DNA of 14,402 bases from an uncultured Methanosarcinaceae archaeon (GTDB lineage Archaea > Halobacteriota > Methanosarcinia > Methanosarcinales > Methanosarcinaceae), in the NCBI GenBank assembly GCA_963721455.1, contig CAVRJG010000061.1, positions 1 to 14,402 of the forward strand, given 5' to 3'. How positions within the stretch are numbered: the stretch's first letter is position 1; each line of letters opens with the position of its first letter. The position numbers and the translations under genes were made by a program. The notes below the pieces were generated by a model, which ran no database searches, was not told where the DNA came from, and saw only the letters and a program-made list of their open reading frames with translations. Shown here one piece after another: positions 9,990 to 14,402 of the stretch.

Positions 9990-10021
9990 AAAAATGTAAA
10001 GTAGCAAGAACGCTACTTTAC
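9990..10021 (-). terminator. Terminator-like hairpin of the surface-protein gene
   Basis: Perfect 10-bp stem GTAAAGTAGC/GCTACTTTAC (9996-10005/10012-10021) followed by ATTTTT on the minus strand. It overlaps the ancestral stop at 10018-10020. Confidence 0.65.
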
Positions 10022-10119
10022 TTCACGGTGATATAGTTAGTCTTTTTCAGTATATTGCTACCTGCGCCATTTGTCACTGTTAAGCTAACGGTGTATTTTC
10101 CGGCTTTGGTGAAGCTATG
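10018..10119 (-). pseudogene. Orphaned C-terminal half of a PKD domain, out of frame with the propeller gene
   Basis: Translates HSFTKAGKYTVSLTVTNGAGSNILKKTNYITVK*, matching the PKD consensus H.Y..AG.YTVSLTVTN..GS....K.NYITV. Confidence 0.85.
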
Positions 10120-11035
10120 AGAGATCACTCATACAGATACTACCGGAATCTGACCACACTACAACATTGCCGGACACAGCCGGTGTTTGTGCAGTGTTAC
10201 CAGAAGACAATTGTGTGCTCTTTCCGGTAGCTATGTTGTACACATATACGTCACCTAATTGTGTGGAAGCAAGGTCATTGTGTTTTAAATACACAATCCT
10301 GTTGCCGCTTATGTCAGTTGCACCACCGGTGTCATAACCAGTCATATCATCACCGGTTGTGACATCTGCCTGTTGCTTGGTAGCAATATTATATATGCGG
10401 ATATTGCCCAGTCTGGTGTTGAAATCTGACCATATGACTTTGTTGCCATATATGTGAGGGTAATAATTGTCGCCATATTCACTTACGTCTATTACTTTCC
10501 CGGTGGCGATATCATACATATAAATCTGCGGAAGATCTCCAGCATCATAGTAATATACTATCCTGTTATCGAATATGTCAGGCCTATCCCCGCGTGCTAT
10601 TTTAGTCTGGGTAGATGTAGAGATGTCACACATGTAGATATTACAATTTATGCCATCACTATTTGCGCTCCATAATATTCTGTTTCCATAAATTGCAGGA
10701 ATGCTGCCGGAATCTACATTTTGCGTAACTTGAGACCTGGCAGCAGTCGATATGTCATAAACAGTAAGCTCTGGTGTCCCACTACTCTCGTCGTGCCATA
10801 CTAACCTGTTGCCGGAAATAGCCGGATGAGAAGCTGAAGATGAGCTAATTACAGTGTCTTTTTTAGTTGTCAGATCATAGACGTGAATACTGCCATCTGT
10901 CCACACTACTTTACTACCATCAATAGCAGGATCACATCCACTGCCAATTTTTGTCACCTGTGCAGCTGACGCTACCGTCGCTAACACTATGGAAAAAATA
11001 AAAATTAAAGATATTGAAAAAATTTTATTTTTCAT
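10115..11035 (-). CDS. Secreted/cell-surface beta-propeller repeat protein (Methanosarcina type), C-terminally truncated
   Basis: Signal peptide MKNK-hydrophobic-ASA and about 7 repeats of P.I.GN.(I/V)VW...IY.YDI.T. Confidence 0.85.
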   Translation of the reverse strand: MKNKIFSISLIFIFSIVLATVASAAQVTKIGSGCDPAIDGSKVVWTDGSIHVYDLTTKKDTVISSSSASHPAISGNRLVWHDESSGTPELTVYDISTAARSQVTQNVDSGSIPAIYGNRILWSANSDGINCNIYMCDISTSTQTKIARGDRPDIFDNRIVYYYDAGDLPQIYMYDIATGKVIDVSEYGDNYYPHIYGNKVIWSDFNTRLGNIRIYNIATKQQADVTTGDDMTGYDTGGATDISGNRIVYLKHNDLASTQLGDVYVYNIATGKSTQLSSGNTAQTPAVSGNVVVWSDSGSICMSDLS

Positions 11036-11297
11036 CTTTTTCCCCCAACATGTGCCGTTTATAAAGCCTAAATATTTCCGGGCTTTATCATAGGAACAAA
11101 AACTTATATTAAATTTAATTTATTTGCAAGCGTATCCCATAACTTAAAACTTACTTCTTTGAAGCTCGTCTTTTGAGTAACAAAGCGAGTTTCCAATCAT
11201 AAAAACGACCCTGAAAAGTCTAAATGATTAAGAATAAAATGATTCTGGAATAGGCTCGCAATAATCTACGTTTTTTTTGAATTAATCTGTAATATAT

Positions 11298-11332
11298 TAT
11301 TGTATTAATACAATATGTTGCCGATATAAATA
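11298..11332 (-). promoter_or_regulatory. Candidate promoter and palindromic operator for the surface-protein gene
   Basis: Perfect 18-bp palindrome TATTGTATTAATACAATA 11298-11315, just downstream of minus-strand TATTTATAT (11332-11324). Confidence 0.4.
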
Positions 11333-11441
11333 TACATAAGTAAAATACCGTCTAATTTTTGTTACTCATCAATGTTCACTATAAAACATTGAAAAGTTAG
11401 CTTTGAATACGTGAGCAAAAAAGGATTTTTATCCGTGTCTT

Positions 11442-11702
11442 TTATGACCGTTCTCGTTTAGATATCAGATTTGAAACTATCACGAAACTGAAGACAAATA
11501 TTATGCCAAGTAGTATTATATTTGCATGGCTGCCTATACCTGAAAAGTTATTGACAAAAGGACTGGTTATAGAATAAGCAGTGTTATTGACGGAGTAAGT
11601 GTTCTTTGGATGCAGTCCGTAATAAGCTGCCTCAATAAGCAATGCTATAAGTGACGTGAAACCGGCTATCATAAAACTGCGTATTATAGTGTCAAATCTC
11701 AT
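11442..11702 (-). CDS. Small hypothetical membrane protein (86 aa, two TM helices)
   Basis: Two hydrophobic segments flank an N/S/T-rich loop with sequons NNT and NFS, followed by a basic C-terminus. Confidence 0.5.
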   Translation of the reverse strand: MRFDTIIRSFMIAGFTSLIALLIEAAYYGLHPKNTYSVNNTAYSITSPFVNNFSGIGSHANIILLGIIFVFSFVIVSNLISKRERS

Positions 11703-11825
11703 TCTCGATCATCTGTTATAACTGCATCCTGCAATATAAATAAGTTTATCTCAGTCGAATATCCTGAGGATTTTTTCTATGGGGACAAAAAGCGGGCTTG
11801 AAATTATGAATCCTGAATTTTGACC

Positions 11826-12200
11826 CCCTGTAACGTCAGTCGCTGTATCGTGTCGTTCTTTCCACGCTCGACGCAGGAGAGCGGCCTGCCCAAAAAAAAT
11901 GAAAAAAGAAAAAGAGGATAAAAAGAGACGCAAAAATTGCTGAAAGAGCCAAAAGTGAAAAAACCAAAATCCTGTAAAGGGGCAAATAAAAAACTAAAAC
12001 TATCTGAGAAATACTTCTTTTCAATATTTTCTCTTCAGTCTCAATTTTCGTTCTTTTTTTACAGGGCCGCCAGACAAGCTGGCGGAGGCGCTTATATTTA
12101 GCTGTAAATAAAAATGAATCCCCCGTCGTCAATGAAATTATTTCTCAGACCGGACGGTGAATTTTCTCCATAATTATTCTATAGCCTGCTTTCGGCAGGT
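11826..12200. ncRNA. Candidate structured non-coding RNA or long 5' leader
   Basis: Cluster of GC-rich stems in AT-rich DNA: 11873-11889, 12067-12085 (7 bp perfect) nested in 12058-12064/12102-12108, 12123-12157 and 12185-12199. No convincing ORF. Confidence 0.3.
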
Positions 12201-12805
12201 CGACATAAAAATCAATTCAATATTTCTATTGATATCGTTTTTTTCAGAACATTTGAAATTCAATTTAAATCAAAAATTACTAAATGTTAACCATAACATT
12301 ATTAATATATATTTGTGGTAAATGAGATAAATGTCAAATCGTGTTGGATATATAGTCCGTATGATATTGGTTTTTAAGTAAACCTACAAAAAATAACAAT
12401 TAAGGATATTTAGATGTTAGAATGTGCTTGCTGCCGAATGTAGGCTATAGTATTCCGGGAACAAGATTAATTAACTGGTTATAAGTTGTTATTTTCTTAA
12501 TCATAGAAGAATGGAAAACTCTAAAAGTTCATTTGCCAAAGTTAAACTGATCTCTCATGAAAATCCACGTCCTCCAGCACTCTGCCCTTAACACTCTCGA
12601 CAATCGAAGAATACGCCAGAACTAAAAACCATCCCCTTGAGTCAATCCGCTTTTACAAAATTACAAATCCACTTTCGTTTGTTGAGCAATTATTAAAAAC
12701 GATAGTGACGAATTGGTTATATTTAAGTGCCCTCTGCAGAAAGTTAGATCTAATATTTTTTAAATTTACCTTTATGGCCCATCTGTTTCGTTTATTTCTG
12801 TATTA

Positions 12806-14401
12806 CCTAAGTTTGACAGTATCTACTAATTCATAGTGAAAATCGATCCTATTTTTAGCTTAAATGGATTTGACAAAACTTATGAATATATAAAATTTTA
12901 TTATATATTCTACGGAATCGTCCCCATTTTTGTTACAATTAAGCTATTGATCTTATCAAAATTAGCAAAAATATACTTTTTGACCCCATTTTTCAGGAAT
13001 TTTATTGTAAGTGTCAAATTCATCAAGCTTTTTTTGATGAATTTTGTGGACCTATGTTTAATCTCCTTGAATTCATATCGCATTAGCGATATGAATAACT
13101 AAGCAATAAATCCCAGTAGAATAGCTCCATAAATGCTATCGTCTGACCACACTCTCAATGGCTTAATCTGAATTTCGTTTTTTAACGAGTTGAATATTTT
13201 CTCAATAGAATCCTTTTCTCGATATGTTTCCAATGCTTTCTCAAGTGTCAAATCTTTGTTCGATTTGAGACAAAAAAATCCTTCTCTTCCATTAATTATC
13301 GAACTTTTTAGGAGTTCTATTGCTTCCTCATCACTAAGCTCTTCGAGCTTAGTCCTGAAAGAGTAATCAATTTCAATCAACTCATTGTTGACTCTGAATT
13401 TTTTGGGAAGCTTTTTATTCTTTACGATTACTTCCTGGATCTCTTTCGCTTCTTGTAACTTCTTTAGAACAGTTCTTGCTTTAGATTCCAGCTGTTTCTT
13501 CTGTAAAGATTCAGAGTAATAAAAATACTTGATGCTACTTGGCTTGACGATTTTTATCCCATATATACTTTTTTCGGAATCTACCAGTTCAGCTGTTTTT
13601 GGATCGAAATTCTCAATAATTTTTTCGTCACTTGTATTCAGTTTCATGGAAGTGAGATACTTCATCTCATCTTCTTGTATCAACTTAATATTGTCTGCTG
13701 TATTAGCCCCTTTATCAAAAACAATAAGAGAACCTTCTTTAAGTTTACTTTTTACCTGATTATAAGTATCGGGAAAATGCTGCAGATCAAGAACGTTTCC
13801 TCTATTCACTGTAATTCCAGTAGGTATGTTTATGGGTTTTTTGAGTTCACTAACTCCAACTGTTATCTGTAGCTTATCAGGTCTATGATCTCTACTGTAT
13901 CCATACTTGCCAAGTTTGGATTTAGTGCCGTGAAGAACTATACTTGTCCAGGTCAAGGTTTATATCCGTCTCTTCAAAATCATAAATCGAAAACAGACTG
14001 TTTAGAATATCCGAGAGGATTTCTTCTTTGTTACGCCCCAGGATTTCAAGGGTTCTGTAAAGAACTCTTTCATGGAATCTTTCAAGGTTTAAGATGTCGA
14101 GAATTTCTTCCTGATTTAACCATTTGCCAGCTTCCTTGATGCTGAAATTATCGGTGAGCTTATAGCTTATCAATCCTACCAATAAACTATTGAGATCAAG
14201 ACCCTTGCTTTTATGCTTGCCAAAAATATCACAAAAATGAAGCTTTTCATAGTAAGATTGGACAGCAAGAATTGATCCTATAGGAACACATATATTCTTG
14301 TTCGGAATTGTAGGAAATGCTCTCTGTTTTGTGTTTAGATTCATTTGACCGAATAACACAAAACAAAGAGCACTTATTTTTATCTAACTGTCAAAGTCAG
14401 G
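12806..14401 (-). mobile_element. IS1634-family insertion sequence (~1.6 kb)
   Basis: TIRs CCTAAGTTTGACAGT (12806-12820) and the reverse complement of 14387-14401 (CCTGACTTTGACAGT) are 13/15 identical. The target duplication cannot be checked because the window ends. Confidence 0.85.
12910..14344 (-). pseudogene. IS1634-family transposase (~477 aa) with a +1 frameshift at 13951-13952 and an in-frame TAG at 13099-13101
   Basis: DWTS (restored), GYSRDHRPD..Q, FDKG and Y..KD.IEK.F..LK motifs. Reading continues GFIA*LFISLMRYE... for 62 codons to TAG 12910-12912, with TAA two codons later. Confidence 0.85.
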
Positions 14402-14402
14402 T

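Noticed and set aside
9806-9991. 61-aa ORF with SPEELKKA resembling metY SPEEFKNA (~25-nt similarity)
   Set aside because: The similarity is too short and A-rich to support a duplicated metY fragment, and there is no SD or recognisable domain.
11751-12132. Hydrophobic minus-strand ORFs of 60 and 98 aa
   Set aside because: Their Phe/Leu richness derives from low-complexity T-tracts and they have no clear start signals.
12540-12760. Possible degraded gene or IS end (GTGCCCTCTGCAGAAAG) left of the IS1634
   Set aside because: No partner inverted repeat or recognisable translation was found.

Overview
Archaeal DNA, most likely Methanosarcina (judged from gene content, IS types and a Methanosarcina-type beta-propeller surface protein). 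The core is a sulfur-metabolism cluster on the + strand: iscS-iscU-thiF/moeB-like-nadA, a terminator, then tRNA-Cys(GCA)-metY-metX(+2 CBS). Both transcription units start with the same palindromic box (TCACAATTGTGA, 18/19 nt extended identity) lying over the predicted start site. A divergent, truncated HTH regulator gene, not correctly shown in the ORF track, lies upstream of iscS. The tRNA-Cys has A37 and sits as the apparent 5' part of the metY-metX unit. Together these suggest a sulfur/cysteine regulon that also controls a tRNA isoacceptor. The cluster is surrounded by IS elements: an IS701 remnant, a complete IS4/ISH8-group element with 10-bp target duplication next to the iscS promoter, and an IS1634 element. 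Each of the three transposase genes has an in-frame TAG at a Gln/Trp-like position. The right part holds a 14-bp VNTR, a beta-propeller surface protein that lost most of its PKD domain by deletion, a small membrane protein and a hairpin-rich non-coding segment. Several single-base frameshifts in otherwise intact genes (iscS, thiF, metX) are most simply explained as sequencing errors.
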